Positions 28,478 through 38,758 of a DNA stretch of 64,000 bases are shown here, piece after piece (the stretch's first letter is position 1; the number at the start of each line of letters is the position of its first letter). This DNA comes from Candidatus Nomurabacteria bacterium. GTDB taxonomy: Bacteria; Patescibacteriota; Minisyncoccia; Phycocordibacterales; SBAW01. Where the stretch lies: positions 4,679 to 68,678 of the forward strand of contig CALQYT010000003.1 in assembly GCA_943348815.1 (NCBI GenBank), given 5' to 3'. The translations under genes were made by a program, and so were the position numbers. Below the pieces are notes generated by a model. That model saw nothing but the letters and a program-made list of their open reading frames with translations, did no database searches and was not told the DNA's origin.

Positions 28478-29449
28478 TCATGGCAGGGTAAAGTCCGCAA
28501 TACCCGCTGCCGTAAGGATTTTTTGCCTATGCTCCCCCTGGGCTACGCTCACTTGTTGATCCTCAATAGTGAGCGGCACCAAGACAAACGAGGTGTTTTG
28601 CTCTCCAAAATCAACCCGCACCGCTAAGCTATGGGTGGTCTCCCAGGAGAAGTTTTGGTCAAACAAAAAATTGCCCAGCGAGTAAAAAATAGCCTTACCC
28701 TTGTAAGTCTCAACCTCTTCTACCACATGAGGGTGCGATCCAATAACCAAATCGGCTCCTGCATCGATAAATGCGTGGGCATCCTGTTGCTGTGCTTGGT
28801 TAGAGTGCGTCTGATACTCCTGCCCCCAGTGGGCAAACACCACTATTTTCCAACAATTATTGGCATGCAGACGCACAACCTCGGCGAGTACCGGGGTGGA
28901 CGAGGCGTCAAAGGTTGCATTGTAGCCGACCAAGCAAAATGACCCATCTTTTGTCTGGAGTGTTGTAGAGGGATTCGATTCATTAAACGGTTGACCGAAG
29001 GACGGTACGCCCCACTGCCCTAAATTAAAACGGGTATCATCATATCCAAACTTTCCAAAATCTAAGGTGTGATTATTAGCGAGTGACACCGCATTGAAAT
29101 GCAAAGTAGTGAGAACATATTCCGCTAATTTTGGATCAAACGTAAATCGCAATATCTTGCTATTGCGCTGTGCAATGGACGCATTGGTAGTAATCGTCCC
29201 CTCCAAATTCCCTACCCGCAAATCTGCACTGGCAAACAAGTCCCGGGTGCTCGTGGCAATGAGTGACTCTTGCCCGAGATCATGCGCGGCGACAGCGACA
29301 TTTCTATCGAGCATAAGGTCGCCTACAAACAACACCCGCACCGGTTTGGGTAGCATAGGCGTCTCCGGAGCCCGCACCGGCGCAGGACTAGCACCAAGCT
29401 CGGCAGCAACAACCAGCAGTACGGCCGCGCCGATGATTACGTCCTTCAT
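28478..29449 (-). CDS. CapA/PgsA-family metallophosphatase-like capsule (poly-gamma-glutamate-type) biosynthesis protein
   Basis: Signal peptide, then [18 protein letters not shown] and GSHPH motifs typical of the CapA family. Confidence 0.7.
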   Translation of the reverse strand: MKDVIIGAAVLLVVAAELGASPAPVRAPETPMLPKPVRVLFVGDLMLDRNVAVAAHDLGQESLIATSTRDLFASADLRVGNLEGTITTNASIAQRNSKILRFTFDPKLAEYVLTTLHFNAVSLANNHTLDFGKFGYDDTRFNLGQWGVPSFGQPFNESNPSTTLQTKDGSFCLVGYNATFDASSTPVLAEVVRLHANNCWKIVVFAHWGQEYQTHSNQAQQQDAHAFIDAGADLVIGSHPHVVEEVETYKGKAIFYSLGNFLFDQNFSWETTHSLAVRVDFGEQNTSFVLVPLTIEDQQVSVAQGEHRQKILTAAGIADFTLP

Positions 29450-30324
29450 TGCGCGGGAGTCGCCGCAAGCAGAGCGTCGATAATCGGCTCGATGCCACCC
29501 GCAAAAATCTTGGGCAGGTTATGCCAGTCTTCTTTTATCCGGTGGTCGGTAACGCGGTCTTGCAAAATGTTATAGGTGCGGATCTTTTCTGACCGGTCGG
29601 CGGTGCCTATTTGGTCTTTGCGCACCTGGGCGTGTTTTTTAGCCTCCTGTTCTTCCTGCAAACTCTCGAGTTTGGCTATCAGCACGGACATCGCGCGCTC
29701 GCGGTTGGCGTTTTGCGAGCGCTCCTCCTGACTGCGCGCATCGAGCCCCGTTGGTTTGTGGATGATACGCACGGCGGTCTCAACCTTGTTGACGTTTTGT
29801 CCGCCTGCACCACCCGCACGGCTAAACTCCATTTCCAAATCGGCAGGATTAATTTCTATCTTGTGCTTTTTGCGGATCGGCAAGACCGCAACCGTGGCCG
29901 TCGAAGTATGTACGCGGCCGGATTTTTCGGTTGACGGCACTCGCTGGATGCGGTGCACGCCCGTCTCGAACCGCAACTTTTCGTACACACCAAGACCGCG
30001 CAGCTCAAACGCCGCTTCTTTATAGCCACCTAGGTCAGTCTTGTTTTCGTAGAGCAGGCGGCTCTGCCAACCCTGGGCATCGGCGTAGGCTCGGTACATG
30101 TTGCCAAGCTCCTCGGCAAAAAGAGCCGCCTCTTGACCACCCACGCCCGCGCGCACTTCTACCACCGCTTCGTTAGGAAACTGATCGTTCCCCTCCTCGA
30201 CGGCGAGGATTTTATCCATCTCGGCGATGAGCATCTTTTGTTGCTCTTCGTCACCCTCCATCATCTCGACCGCTTTGGCGAGATAGGCGGTCTTTGGGTT
30301 TTGTTTATAGTTGCTGAGGTCCAT
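29446..30324 (-). CDS. prfA: Peptide chain release factor 1 (short form)
   Basis: GGQ motif ([12 protein letters not shown]) and an RF1-type tripeptide region [23 protein letters not shown] (PST variant of PxT). No SPF motif is present. Confidence 0.8.
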   Translation of the reverse strand: MDLSNYKQNPKTAYLAKAVEMMEGDEEQQKMLIAEMDKILAVEEGNDQFPNEAVVEVRAGVGGQEAALFAEELGNMYRAYADAQGWQSRLLYENKTDLGGYKEAAFELRGLGVYEKLRFETGVHRIQRVPSTEKSGRVHTSTATVAVLPIRKKHKIEINPADLEMEFSRAGGAGGQNVNKVETAVRIIHKPTGLDARSQEERSQNANRERAMSVLIAKLESLQEEQEAKKHAQVRKDQIGTADRSEKIRTYNILQDRVTDHRIKEDWHNLPKIFAGGIEPIIDALLAATPAQ

Positions 30325-30549
30325 CTACTTCGACTTTTTTGTCGTAGCAGCTTTCGACTTGCGGGCTTTAAACTTCTCCACGCGGCCGGCGGCGTCGAGA
30401 ATCTTCTCGTTGCCGGTATAAAACGGATGGCAGTTAGAGCAGATTTCTATCTCCAATTTTTCCTTGGTTGAGCCCACGGTAAAGGTCCGCCCGCATGCGC
30501 AGACAACTTTAGCCGAAGCATAATAGGTCGGATGAATATCAGCTTTCAT
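30325..30549 (-). CDS. rpmE: 50S ribosomal protein L31
   Basis: [10 protein letters not shown]...CACG...[10 protein letters not shown] zinc-ribbon L31 signature. Confidence 0.9.
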   Translation of the reverse strand: MKADIHPTYYASAKVVCACGRTFTVGSTKEKLEIEICSNCHPFYTGNEKILDAAGRVEKFKARKSKAATTKKSK

Positions 30550-30589
30550 GCAAAGTAAGATAGCACGCGGAAAATGCCTTGTAAAGAAA

Positions 30590-31999
30590 CTAATTTTCTT
30601 TCAGGAAGTCGATATTGTCCTGGAAGGTTTGTGCCTTTTTAACTACCGAATCGCCATAGGTGTAGTTGGTCGGGCGCCTCGTATCACACGAGCGGCCCGA
30701 ATAATACTTGCATGCCGCGTTGCGCTCGCCGCTGTAGGTTTGCGAGCCAGCACCTAAGTCGGCGAGGTAGAGCGCGGTGGCCATAATAGCGTCTTGCGGA
30801 TTCCACGGGTTGGGTTGCGATACACCGAGCGCCGTTTGTAGCCGCGGGCTAAAGATCTGCCAGGTCGACGGTATAAACTGCGACGGCCCCATTGCCCCAC
30901 CGTAGCCGCGGCTGCTGCTGTAGACCTTGCCGAGCGGGCAGGACACCGGCGTTGTGGCCCAGGCTAACCCGAGCGCGGAGGTTATCGCCTGAAAGGGCCC
31001 GGTATCGCGCGGGGCTTTCATAACCTTTTCGTAAAATGAGTTGTTGGTTTTGCCAATACCATCGCCCGTGTCGATGTTGGTGACCAGGCACGAACCGATG
31101 TTTTTGCCCAAGTCGGACTCTTGGGAGAGTATCGCGAGTATCATCGCCGCACGCACGCCGGTCTTCCCCTCGGCCACCGTGGCGTACTGGAGCGCCGATT
31201 CAAACGAGATCCCCTGTGTGTCGCGCAGGTCAAAGAGCGCGTTGCGGATGGCTTCGGCCTTGCGCTGCCGCTCGGCTAACACTTGGGCGTACTCGGCTTC
31301 TTGGTTTTTAGTGATGGCGAGGAGCTGCTTTTTTTGGTCTTGGTCGGTCTTAATTTGTTTTTGTTTGGTTTGCACCACAAACCGCGCATCTTCCTGTGCG
31401 CTTTTTTTTGCAGCCAGCACATCCTTTTCTTTCTGAGTTTGGTCTTTGGTTTGCCGCAAATCTTCAAACAACACCTGTAGGTCGCGATCTATCGAGTCGA
31501 CCGCCTGCGCGTCGCTAAAAAAGTCAGAGAGGTTGTCCGAGGAGAGTGCAAGTATGGCGAGCGGCTGCTGCTCGGCCTCGTTTTTTTGCCGCATCAGCTT
31601 GGCAAGCGAGTCCATGCCGGTAGCAAGCTTGTCTTCGAGCGTCTGCACGGTTGCCGCTTTTTGTTGGATCTGATCTTGCAACTGACCAATCGAAACCGTG
31701 CGCTGCTTAATCTCCGCCTGCGCTTTGTTTATTTGTGCAGTTAGCGCCGATACATCGCCGGTTAAAGTATTTTTTTTGGCGCGGGTGTCGTCGAGCACCT
31801 TTTGCCACTCTGCTATCTCTTGCTGCAGTTGGTCATACTCGGCCTGGCATTGGGCTTTTTGGGCCGGAGTGTCACACAACGGCGGTGCCGTAGCGTCGAC
31901 TTGGGCAAAAGCGAGCGGAGCGAAGGCAGCACAATAGCCGCTTACCCCAACGGCAACACCGACCATGAGCGCGAGACTATAGCCCCGAGTAACTTTCAT
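30590..31999 (-). CDS. Secreted coiled-coil protein with a C-terminal lytic transglycosylase (SLT-like) domain
   Basis: Signal peptide from [17 protein letters not shown], about 250 aa of Q/E/K-rich coiled coil, then [10 protein letters not shown]...[13 protein letters not shown] (catalytic Glu and GxMQ-like motif). The track ORF extends upstream to 32233; that extension is judged non-coding. Confidence 0.6.
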   Translation of the reverse strand: MKVTRGYSLALMVGVAVGVSGYCAAFAPLAFAQVDATAPPLCDTPAQKAQCQAEYDQLQQEIAEWQKVLDDTRAKKNTLTGDVSALTAQINKAQAEIKQRTVSIGQLQDQIQQKAATVQTLEDKLATGMDSLAKLMRQKNEAEQQPLAILALSSDNLSDFFSDAQAVDSIDRDLQVLFEDLRQTKDQTQKEKDVLAAKKSAQEDARFVVQTKQKQIKTDQDQKKQLLAITKNQEAEYAQVLAERQRKAEAIRNALFDLRDTQGISFESALQYATVAEGKTGVRAAMILAILSQESDLGKNIGSCLVTNIDTGDGIGKTNNSFYEKVMKAPRDTGPFQAITSALGLAWATTPVSCPLGKVYSSSRGYGGAMGPSQFIPSTWQIFSPRLQTALGVSQPNPWNPQDAIMATALYLADLGAGSQTYSGERNAACKYYSGRSCDTRRPTNYTYGDSVVKKAQTFQDNIDFLKEN

Positions 32000-32023
32000 C
32001 GATTCTTCAATTGTATCAGACGC

Positions 32024-32056
32024 AGAAAAGCTCAGAAGATTACTTCTGAGCTTTTC
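32024..32056 (-). terminator. Hairpin terminator after rplY
   Basis: Perfect 14-bp inverted repeat GAAAAGCTCAGAAG-ATTA-CTTCTGAGCTTTTC, 20 nt after the rplY stop. Confidence 0.45.
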
Positions 32057-32078
32057 ATTCTCTCCAAAATAACGAGTG

Positions 32079-32765
32079 CTACTCTTTCTTTTCTTTCGGT
32101 TTGCTTTCAGCCTTAGGCTCAGCAGCAGGGGCGGCACCTTCCTCGCCCTCTTCGGGCTTCTTGCCGCGCTCTTCGGAGATCTCGATTTGCGAGATATCGG
32201 CAACGGGTGCATCAACCGGCTCTTCTTTAGCAACCGAAATCATCGCCACCACTTCATCCGCATCGATAGAAATTTTGGCCGAGGCCGGAAGCTTGAGATC
32301 TTTGACTTTAATCTGGTCTTCGAGCGTTGCGAGGGTCGAGACATCCACGTGGATCGCGTGTGGCAGTTCGGTCGGGTCACACTCGATCTCGAGCTCGTGC
32401 ATAACCTTGGTCAAAATACCGCCCAGATCTTTAACCGCCGGCGGGGTGCCCTCAAACTCGAGCGGGACCGACACGGTCACCGTTTGACCCTTTTCAATGG
32501 CATAAAAATCGGCGTGCATGGCGACACCCGTTACCGGGTGCACCTCCACCTCCTGAATAAGTGCCTGCTTGTCGGCATCGAGCCCTTTGAGGGTAATTAC
32601 CGTTGTTTCGCCGGCGGTACTAAGCAGCTTTTCAAACGCTTTGCGGTTGACGGCGATAGGGGTCGAGGCCTCGGAACGGCCGTAGACGACCGCGGGTAAA
32701 ACACCCTCCAAGCGGAGCGTATTAGGACTTTTGGTGTTGTCGCGCTTCGTAACCGTCAGTTCCAT
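32079..32765 (-). CDS. rplY: 50S ribosomal protein L25 / general stress protein Ctc
   Basis: RLEGVLPAVVYG N-terminal signature and an acidic/lysine-rich C-terminal tail. Confidence 0.9.
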   Translation of the reverse strand: MELTVTKRDNTKSPNTLRLEGVLPAVVYGRSEASTPIAVNRKAFEKLLSTAGETTVITLKGLDADKQALIQEVEVHPVTGVAMHADFYAIEKGQTVTVSVPLEFEGTPPAVKDLGGILTKVMHELEIECDPTELPHAIHVDVSTLATLEDQIKVKDLKLPASAKISIDADEVVAMISVAKEEPVDAPVADISQIEISEERGKKPEEGEEGAAPAAEPKAESKPKEKKE

Positions 32766-32877
32766 TGCCCGAACACTATATATAAGTTTCGTGCTATCCG
32801 CAAGCCGTATCGTTGACTTTACTGACCTTTTTTAATCTAATACTTATGAACCGTCCTCCATCCAACGGAGTCTGCCC

Positions 32878-33120
32878 ATGCAGGTACACTCGCCTAGTGC
32901 ACCACTAAGTTCCGGACAGACTGCACTTACGTCTGTCGGTTTGTTCGCGCTAATCAGCCTGTTGGTAGGGGTTATTCTCTACCTTGTGCTTGACACCGCG
33001 TTTCCCGCAGTACTCCATCCCAAGACCAAAGGAATCATGGTTGGAATCGGGATGTGGGCGGTGTGTTCGTCACTCATGTTCTGCTATTACCTCGTGAGAT
33101 ACCTCTGCCGTCGTGGATGA
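32878..33120 (+). CDS. Small two-TM membrane protein (hypothetical)
   Basis: A GGAG RBS lies about 7 nt upstream. Two hydrophobic helices. No homolog recognised. Confidence 0.3.
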   Translation: MQVHSPSAPLSSGQTALTSVGLFALISLLVGVILYLVLDTAFPAVLHPKTKGIMVGIGMWAVCSSLMFCYYLVRYLCRRG

Positions 33121-33171
33121 GCACGAGGGTCTCATGGATCACTCCATCGCCCCGTCTCTGACGTGGCGATT

Positions 33172-34029
33172 TTATTGTCCTGCAAAAACTTTTAACTTGC
33201 CCGCCACATACTCCTTCATCCGTTTGACTGCCGGCTCAAGAAACCGGTACGGCGCGACTTCGCCGGGGTTAGAGCGTATCGAGTCAAACAACCCGTCGCG
33301 GTATATGACACGCAACTCGGTATTGATATGCACAATGGCCACGCCCGCCGCAATGCACGCTTTAATATCCTCTTCGGTATTTCCTGACGCGCCGTGCAAG
33401 ACGAGCGGAATAGTAAGCGCCTCAGAAATTTCTTTAACCCGCTCAGGATGCAACCGCGGCTCGGCGGCGTTTTTTAACATCCCGTGGATGTTACCCACCG
33501 CCGGCGCAAAGCAGTCGACTCCGGTCGAGCCCACAAACTCTTTGGCGTCGGCAACGGTAGTGAGATTCTCTATACTTACTCCTTCCGGCAAGGCATCCAA
33601 TTGTTTTGAAGAAGTGCCGATGTAGCCAAGTTCGCCCTCCACCACCACATCGCGGTGGCTTGAGCGCGCATAGCTAACTACCTGTTTGACCATTAAAATA
33701 TTTTCGTCCATTTTGAGCTTGGCACCGTCGACCACAATCGAGTCTACGCCGTCGTCTATCGCTTTCTGCGCTTTTTCTAAACTGTACGTATGGTCGGCGT
33801 TTAAATAGAGTTGCAGCCCTTTGGATTGATAGATGGTCACGAGCGCACGAGCGTGCGACAGTGGAAAATAATCGCGCTCCCCTTCGGAGAGCCCGATGAT
33901 TGCCGGGAGGTTAGTTTCTTTGCTCGCAAGGGCAATCGCGTGGAGTTGGTTAGAGTCGGAGATATTAAAGTGCCCTATTGCTTTGTGTGCCTGTTTATAG
34001 TCGGCGACGGCCTCGCGCAAAGATCGCAT
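33172..34029 (-). CDS. fba: Class II fructose-bisphosphate aldolase
   Basis: HFNISDSNQ...LHGASG motifs of class II FBA/tagatose-bisphosphate aldolase. Confidence 0.9.
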   Translation of the reverse strand: MRSLREAVADYKQAHKAIGHFNISDSNQLHAIALASKETNLPAIIGLSEGERDYFPLSHARALVTIYQSKGLQLYLNADHTYSLEKAQKAIDDGVDSIVVDGAKLKMDENILMVKQVVSYARSSHRDVVVEGELGYIGTSSKQLDALPEGVSIENLTTVADAKEFVGSTGVDCFAPAVGNIHGMLKNAAEPRLHPERVKEISEALTIPLVLHGASGNTEEDIKACIAAGVAIVHINTELRVIYRDGLFDSIRSNPGEVAPYRFLEPAVKRMKEYVAGKLKVFAGQ

Positions 34030-34044
34030 ATACTATAAGTATAT

Positions 34045-35076
34045 ATGGACTTTTTAGCGGTGGGTGACACGGTGGTAGATGACTTTATCCGGTTGAAGGA
34101 TGCAACGGTGCACTGCAACATCGACCACGAAGCCTGCGAAATAAGTATGCGTTGGGGCGACAAGATCCCCTACGAGTTTCATAAACTGATTCCCGCCGTC
34201 GGCAACGCGGCTAATGCAGCTGTCTCGGCGGCGCGCCTCGGAGTATCTTCCGCATTTCGCGCTTACGTGGGCAAAGATGCGTACGGCGCACAGTGTCTTG
34301 ATGCCCTCCGCAAAGAAGGCATCGACACCACCTACGTCGAGACGGTTGAGGGAAAGTTCACCAATTATCACTACGTACTTTGGTTTGAGTCGCAACGCAC
34401 GATACTGGTTAAACACGAGCAGTTTGACTACCGTGCGCCTACGCTTGCGACCGCCCCCAAATGGCTTTACCTTTCTTCGCTCGGGGAAACATCGCTTCCT
34501 TACCACCATGCACTCATGGATATGCTCAAAAAATATCCTGAGTGCAAACTCGCATTCCAACCGGGGACGTACCAGATCAACTTTAGCGAGCACTGGGTCA
34601 ACCACAAAGAAGATTTTGCTGACGTGTATGCGCGTACTGAAATCTTTTTTTGCAACAAAGAAGAGGCTGAGCGGATTTTGGACAAACCTACGGGGAGCGA
34701 CCTCAAAGACTTACTCCGCAGCATCAAAGCACTCGGTCCAAAAATGATAGTCATTACTGACGATGCCCGCGGAGCCTACTCGATAGACGAGAGTGGCGCT
34801 ATGCTCCACTGCCCGCGCTACCCCGACCCTAGAGCTCCGTATGAAATAACCGGTGCCGGCGATGCGCTCGCGTCAACGACGACCGTAGCACTGTCGCTCG
34901 GCAAAGATTTGGCCACCGCATTGCAATGGGGCGCAACCAACGCCTCGGCAGTGCTACAAAAAATTGGGGCCCAAGAGGGCCTGCTCACGCGCGAACAGTT
35001 GGAAAAAAACTTGGCTAACCCACCGGCACCGTTTGTGGTAGAGTCGCTAGATAATAGCCCGGGCAAAGCATCATGA
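34045..35076 (+). CDS. PfkB-family carbohydrate/nucleoside kinase
   Basis: Ribokinase-fold with a C-terminal TGAGDA motif. Confidence 0.8.
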   Translation: MDFLAVGDTVVDDFIRLKDATVHCNIDHEACEISMRWGDKIPYEFHKLIPAVGNAANAAVSAARLGVSSAFRAYVGKDAYGAQCLDALRKEGIDTTYVETVEGKFTNYHYVLWFESQRTILVKHEQFDYRAPTLATAPKWLYLSSLGETSLPYHHALMDMLKKYPECKLAFQPGTYQINFSEHWVNHKEDFADVYARTEIFFCNKEEAERILDKPTGSDLKDLLRSIKALGPKMIVITDDARGAYSIDESGAMLHCPRYPDPRAPYEITGAGDALASTTTVALSLGKDLATALQWGATNASAVLQKIGAQEGLLTREQLEKNLANPPAPFVVESLDNSPGKAS

Positions 35077-35642
35077 TTATTGGGATAACCGCCCCCTCGG
35101 GCGTTGGCAAATCCTCTTTTGTAAAAGCCTTTTTTGACGCACAACGGAACGCGCACTTTTTGGTAAGTACCACCACACGCGTGGCGCGCGAGCGCGACCT
35201 GCAGCTGCATGGCGAGAGCGAATATGAGCACGTAAGCGAGGTTGAGTTTGAAAAGATGGTACCGCAGTTTTTGCAGCCCTTTGGCCACTACGACGCACGC
35301 TACGGTACCCTGCGCTCGCGGTTTGAAGAAGCGTTGCGCTCGAGCGAACCGTATTTGGCAGCATTGGTGATCCCCGCCGCGGAACGTATGTTTGCCGAAG
35401 CACAAAAAATAAATCTGCAAAATAATCTGCAGTTGTTGTATTTGGACCTACCCAACGAAGAGGAGCGTTTGCGGCGGCTCGGCGAGCGCGGCGAAGAAAA
35501 TAAAACGCGCTTCGTCCCCGAGTTGGAGCAATGGCGCACGCAGGCGCAGGCGAGCAAACTCCCCTATGTATTTATCGAGGCCACTAAACCGCCGCAAGAG
35601 TTAGTGGAAGAAGCGCTACGGCAGCTGCGTCTCGGTCTCTAA
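35073..35642 (+). CDS. gmk: Guanylate kinase
   Basis: P-loop GITAPSGVGKSS plus VSTTTRVARERDLQLHGESEYEHVSEVEFEKM, matching the S.TTR..R.GE..G..Y.FVS..EF guanylate kinase pattern. Confidence 0.7.
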   Translation: MIIGITAPSGVGKSSFVKAFFDAQRNAHFLVSTTTRVARERDLQLHGESEYEHVSEVEFEKMVPQFLQPFGHYDARYGTLRSRFEEALRSSEPYLAALVIPAAERMFAEAQKINLQNNLQLLYLDLPNEEERLRRLGERGEENKTRFVPELEQWRTQAQASKLPYVFIEATKPPQELVEEALRQLRLGL

Positions 35643-35793
35643 ATATTTTGAAAGAGTACTTTCAACCGGATCATGACCGTTTGCTGCGTGCCATACCAAA
35701 AGCCCTGCTCCTCCACCCCACACTAACAAAAACAAACTGCCGATAAGTGTTCCTACGCGGGCCTTCAATACATGAGCTTCAGAAATAAGCATA

Positions 35794-36753
35794 CTATTTT
35801 CGTCCCGCTACTTTGCGGATTGCATCGGCGATATGCGGTGCGGTAAGTTTGTAGTGCTCGAGCAGCTCTTTTGGTTCGCCGGATTGTCCGAACATGTCTT
35901 TGACGCCAACAAACTCTATGGGAGTCGGACATTGTTGTGCCAGAACTTCGGCAATCGCACTTCCCAAACCACCGGCCACCTGATGTTCTTCGACTACCAC
36001 CACCGCGCGCGCTTCTTTGGCGTGTTGCACGATAGTTTGTACGTCTAATGGTTTGATGGTGTGTACATTAATGACCACCGTTGGTACTGCTTGCTCGATT
36101 TGTTTGGCAGCCGCGAGTGCTTCGTACAATAGCGGCCCTGTGGCAAACACCGCCACCTCGGCACCATGTGCAGACTCCCACATTACAGTAGCCTTACCAA
36201 TTGCAAAGGGTGTCTCGCGGGTCGTCATGACTGGCGTCTTTTCGCGGGCAAGGCGGATATACACGGGGCCCGGATGTGTCGCGGCCGCGAGCGTTGCTTT
36301 GCGCGCCTCTTCCTTGTCGCACGGGCTTACTACCGTCATCCGCGGTTGCACGCGCATGAGCGCCATATCCTCAAGCGCCTGATGCGTCGCTCCATCAGGA
36401 CCAACCGAGAGCCCGGCATGTGAACCGACAATTTTAACCGGCACATTGTTTAACGAAATAGTGGTGCGGATCTGCTCGTTGTTGCGGCCGGGGCTAAACG
36501 TCGCATACGAAGCAATAAATGGAATTTTACCGTAGTTAGCGAGGCCTGAGGCCACCGTGGCCAAATTTTGCTCGGCGACGCCCAGCTCGATGTAACGTTC
36601 GGGATATTTTTCTTTAAACGCCAACATGCGCGTGCTCTCGGCCAGGTCGGCACAGAGTGCCACGACATTCGGGTTGGTCGCTCCCAACTCAAGGAGCGCC
36701 TCGCCAAATCCGTCACGCGTATATGCAACTTTTATTTCTTCTTTATCACTCAT
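35794..36753 (-). CDS. Transketolase, C-terminal (pyrimidine-binding) subunit of a split enzyme
   Basis: ELGVAEQNLATVASGLA...SHAGLSVGPDGATHQALEDMALMR motifs. It overlaps the N-terminal subunit gene by 8 nt. Confidence 0.9.
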   Translation of the reverse strand: MSDKEEIKVAYTRDGFGEALLELGATNPNVVALCADLAESTRMLAFKEKYPERYIELGVAEQNLATVASGLANYGKIPFIASYATFSPGRNNEQIRTTISLNNVPVKIVGSHAGLSVGPDGATHQALEDMALMRVQPRMTVVSPCDKEEARKATLAAATHPGPVYIRLAREKTPVMTTRETPFAIGKATVMWESAHGAEVAVFATGPLLYEALAAAKQIEQAVPTVVINVHTIKPLDVQTIVQHAKEARAVVVVEEHQVAGGLGSAIAEVLAQQCPTPIEFVGVKDMFGQSGEPKELLEHYKLTAPHIADAIRKVAGRK

Positions 36754-37600
36754 GTTCGCTTTGTATTTTGCCCTTTAGCGTCCGCAGTTCGGTCAAAAAC
36801 TTTTGCGCCTCTTCTTTGTTGGGCGCCTTGCCGTGCCAGTGATAATCAAATTCTATTTCTTTAATCCCTTTCCCGGGGATCGTATGCGCAATAATGACCG
36901 TGGGCTTTTCGTATATTGCTTTGGCTTGCTCGACGCACGAAATAAAACCGGCGATATTGTGGCCGTCGCACTCGAGCACATGCCAATTAAAAGCCTCGTA
37001 CTTTTCGCGCAAACGCTCGAGCGGCATTACCTCTTCGGTGTAGCCGTTAATTTGTATGTTGTTGCGGTCTACAACGCCGGTAAGGTTAGAGAGTTTGTTG
37101 TTACCCGCAAACATCGCCGCCTCCCAAAGGGCACCCGCGTCGTGCTCGCCGTCGCTCATAAGGCAGTAGGTGCGGAAGGTCTTTTTATCCATACGCGCAC
37201 CGTAGGCAATACCCGCTGCTTGGCCAAGCCCCGCACCGAGCGGGCCGGAGGTTGTTTCGACGCCCGGCAACTTTTCGCGCTCAGGGTGACCCTGCAGGCG
37301 CGAGCCAAATTTGCGCAGCGTCAAACACTCTTCTACTGCAAAGTACCCCGCGTGTGCCATCGCCGAGTAGCGGACGGGCGTGATGTGACCGTTGGAAAGT
37401 ATCAAACGGTCGCGCTCCGGCCACTCAGGGTTTTTTGGATCATGGTTAAGTAAATAAAAATAAAAGGCAGTAAAAATATCGGCCATACCAAGCGGCCCTG
37501 CCGTGTGGCCGGAGCCGGCAGCAAGAAGCATCTCGATTAGCGTCTCGCGTACCGCCTCGGCTTGCAACTCAAGCTCTTTTATTTTTTGTGGAGTAATCAT
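36746..37600 (-). CDS. Transketolase, N-terminal (TPP-binding) subunit of a split enzyme
   Basis: GSGHTAGPLGMADIFTAFYF...SNGH...GPLGAGLGQAAG TPP-binding motifs. Confidence 0.9.
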   Translation of the reverse strand: MITPQKIKELELQAEAVRETLIEMLLAAGSGHTAGPLGMADIFTAFYFYLLNHDPKNPEWPERDRLILSNGHITPVRYSAMAHAGYFAVEECLTLRKFGSRLQGHPEREKLPGVETTSGPLGAGLGQAAGIAYGARMDKKTFRTYCLMSDGEHDAGALWEAAMFAGNNKLSNLTGVVDRNNIQINGYTEEVMPLERLREKYEAFNWHVLECDGHNIAGFISCVEQAKAIYEKPTVIIAHTIPGKGIKEIEFDYHWHGKAPNKEEAQKFLTELRTLKGKIQSEHE

Positions 37601-37612
37601 ACTACCTGGAGC

Positions 37613-38314
37613 TTACGGATTGACTATATTGTACAACTCTTTGTACGCGGCAACCGGGTCTTTGGCACCAAAAATTGCGTGGCCTACCACGAGCCGGTTA
37701 GCTCCTGCTTGCGCCAATTTTGCAGCATCGTCCACCGTGACCGACCCATCAACCTGGAGCGGCAACTCCGGGTAGCGGTTGCGCAACCGCTCGACCAAAA
37801 AGAGCGCGCGCTCGTCAAACGGCTCGCCCTGTTTGCCCTCGTGGTCGATCCCCATCACCTGGACAAAATCAAACTGTGCTTCAAACGGTTCGAGTTCGTC
37901 GGGCTGTGCCTGCGCACCAAGCGCCACCCCCGCTTGCACCGCAAAGGTTCCCATCTCATCGCGGCGGTCAACTACTAGTTGAACCGCTTCAACCGCGCCG
38001 GGCGCGTGGGCATGCACGACTATTTGGGTTGCCCCCGCCGCCAAAAAATCTTTTAGCTGCAACTCCGGATGCTCAATCATCAAGTCAAACTGAAAATCCA
38101 ACTCATCCCAAAACGGCAGTCCGTGCTCGGCCTCAACAATTTTTTTAAAACTCTCGGTGTCACGGTAGGGCCAGGTTTTGTGTTTGGCGTAGCGACCGTC
38201 AACCACATCGATCTGTACGTGCTTAGCGACACCACGCACCAAAGCTAAATGTTCTTCTAAGTCTTTAAACGACTGTGGCAACACCGCAGGAATTATTTCG
38301 ACCTTAGTGCTCAT
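37613..38314 (-). CDS. rpe: Ribulose-phosphate 3-epimerase-like
   Basis: (beta/alpha)8 ribulose-phosphate-binding barrel pattern (IIPAVLPQSF...VQVMGIDHEGKQGEPF). It sits in an operon with rpiB and tkt. Confidence 0.7.
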   Translation of the reverse strand: MSTKVEIIPAVLPQSFKDLEEHLALVRGVAKHVQIDVVDGRYAKHKTWPYRDTESFKKIVEAEHGLPFWDELDFQFDLMIEHPELQLKDFLAAGATQIVVHAHAPGAVEAVQLVVDRRDEMGTFAVQAGVALGAQAQPDELEPFEAQFDFVQVMGIDHEGKQGEPFDERALFLVERLRNRYPELPLQVDGSVTVDDAAKLAQAGANRLVVGHAIFGAKDPVAAYKELYNIVNP

Positions 38315-38750
38315 GGTCTAACTTTTCTATCCGGCGGACGTGCCGTGCGTCGCCTGAAAACGGCGTTTGTAAAAAAAGTTCCACGGCGCGCTTGGCTTCG
38401 TCTGTGGTTATAAACCGCACACCGAGCGACAGTACATTGGCGTCGTTGTGTTCGCGCGCAACTTTAACCACCTCGAGATTACCCCCGTAAAACTCCGCCG
38501 CGCGCACGCCATCAATCCGGTTAGCACTCATCGCCTCACCCTCGCCCGAGCCGCCAAGTACAATACCAAAACTCCCCTCATTGAGGGCGACCTTGTGCGC
38601 CATAGGCGCAATAAAATCTGGGTAGTCGTCTTGCGGATTAAGTTCCGAGGGCCCACAGTCCTCGACCTCGTGGTCAAGCGATCTTAAAAACTCGAGCAAT
38701 ACTTTTTTTAATTCAAACCCCGCGTGGTCGGATGCAATAAAAACTTTCAT
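38304..38750 (-). CDS. rpiB: Ribose-5-phosphate isomerase B
   Basis: MKVFIASDHAGFELK RpiB/LacAB signature. Confidence 0.9.
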   Translation of the reverse strand: MKVFIASDHAGFELKKVLLEFLRSLDHEVEDCGPSELNPQDDYPDFIAPMAHKVALNEGSFGIVLGGSGEGEAMSANRIDGVRAAEFYGGNLEVVKVAREHNDANVLSLGVRFITTDEAKRAVELFLQTPFSGDARHVRRIEKLDHEH

Positions 38751-38758
38751 ACTGTTTA

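Noticed and set aside
27150-28559. A 469-aa plus-strand ORF, the largest unassigned ORF in the track
   Set aside because: It lies entirely antisense to tsf and rpsB, which have unmistakable signatures. The product is Arg/Ala-rich low complexity typical of GC-rich shadow frames. The same applies to 15236..16117(-), 13555..14328(+), 36803..37453(+), 59569..60096(-), 34054..34605(-) and 46684..47346(+).
29446-30324. Release factor 2 with a programmed +1 frameshift
   Set aside because: The tripeptide region reads RVPSTE (PxT type, RF1), not SPF. The ORF is continuous with no internal frameshift site.
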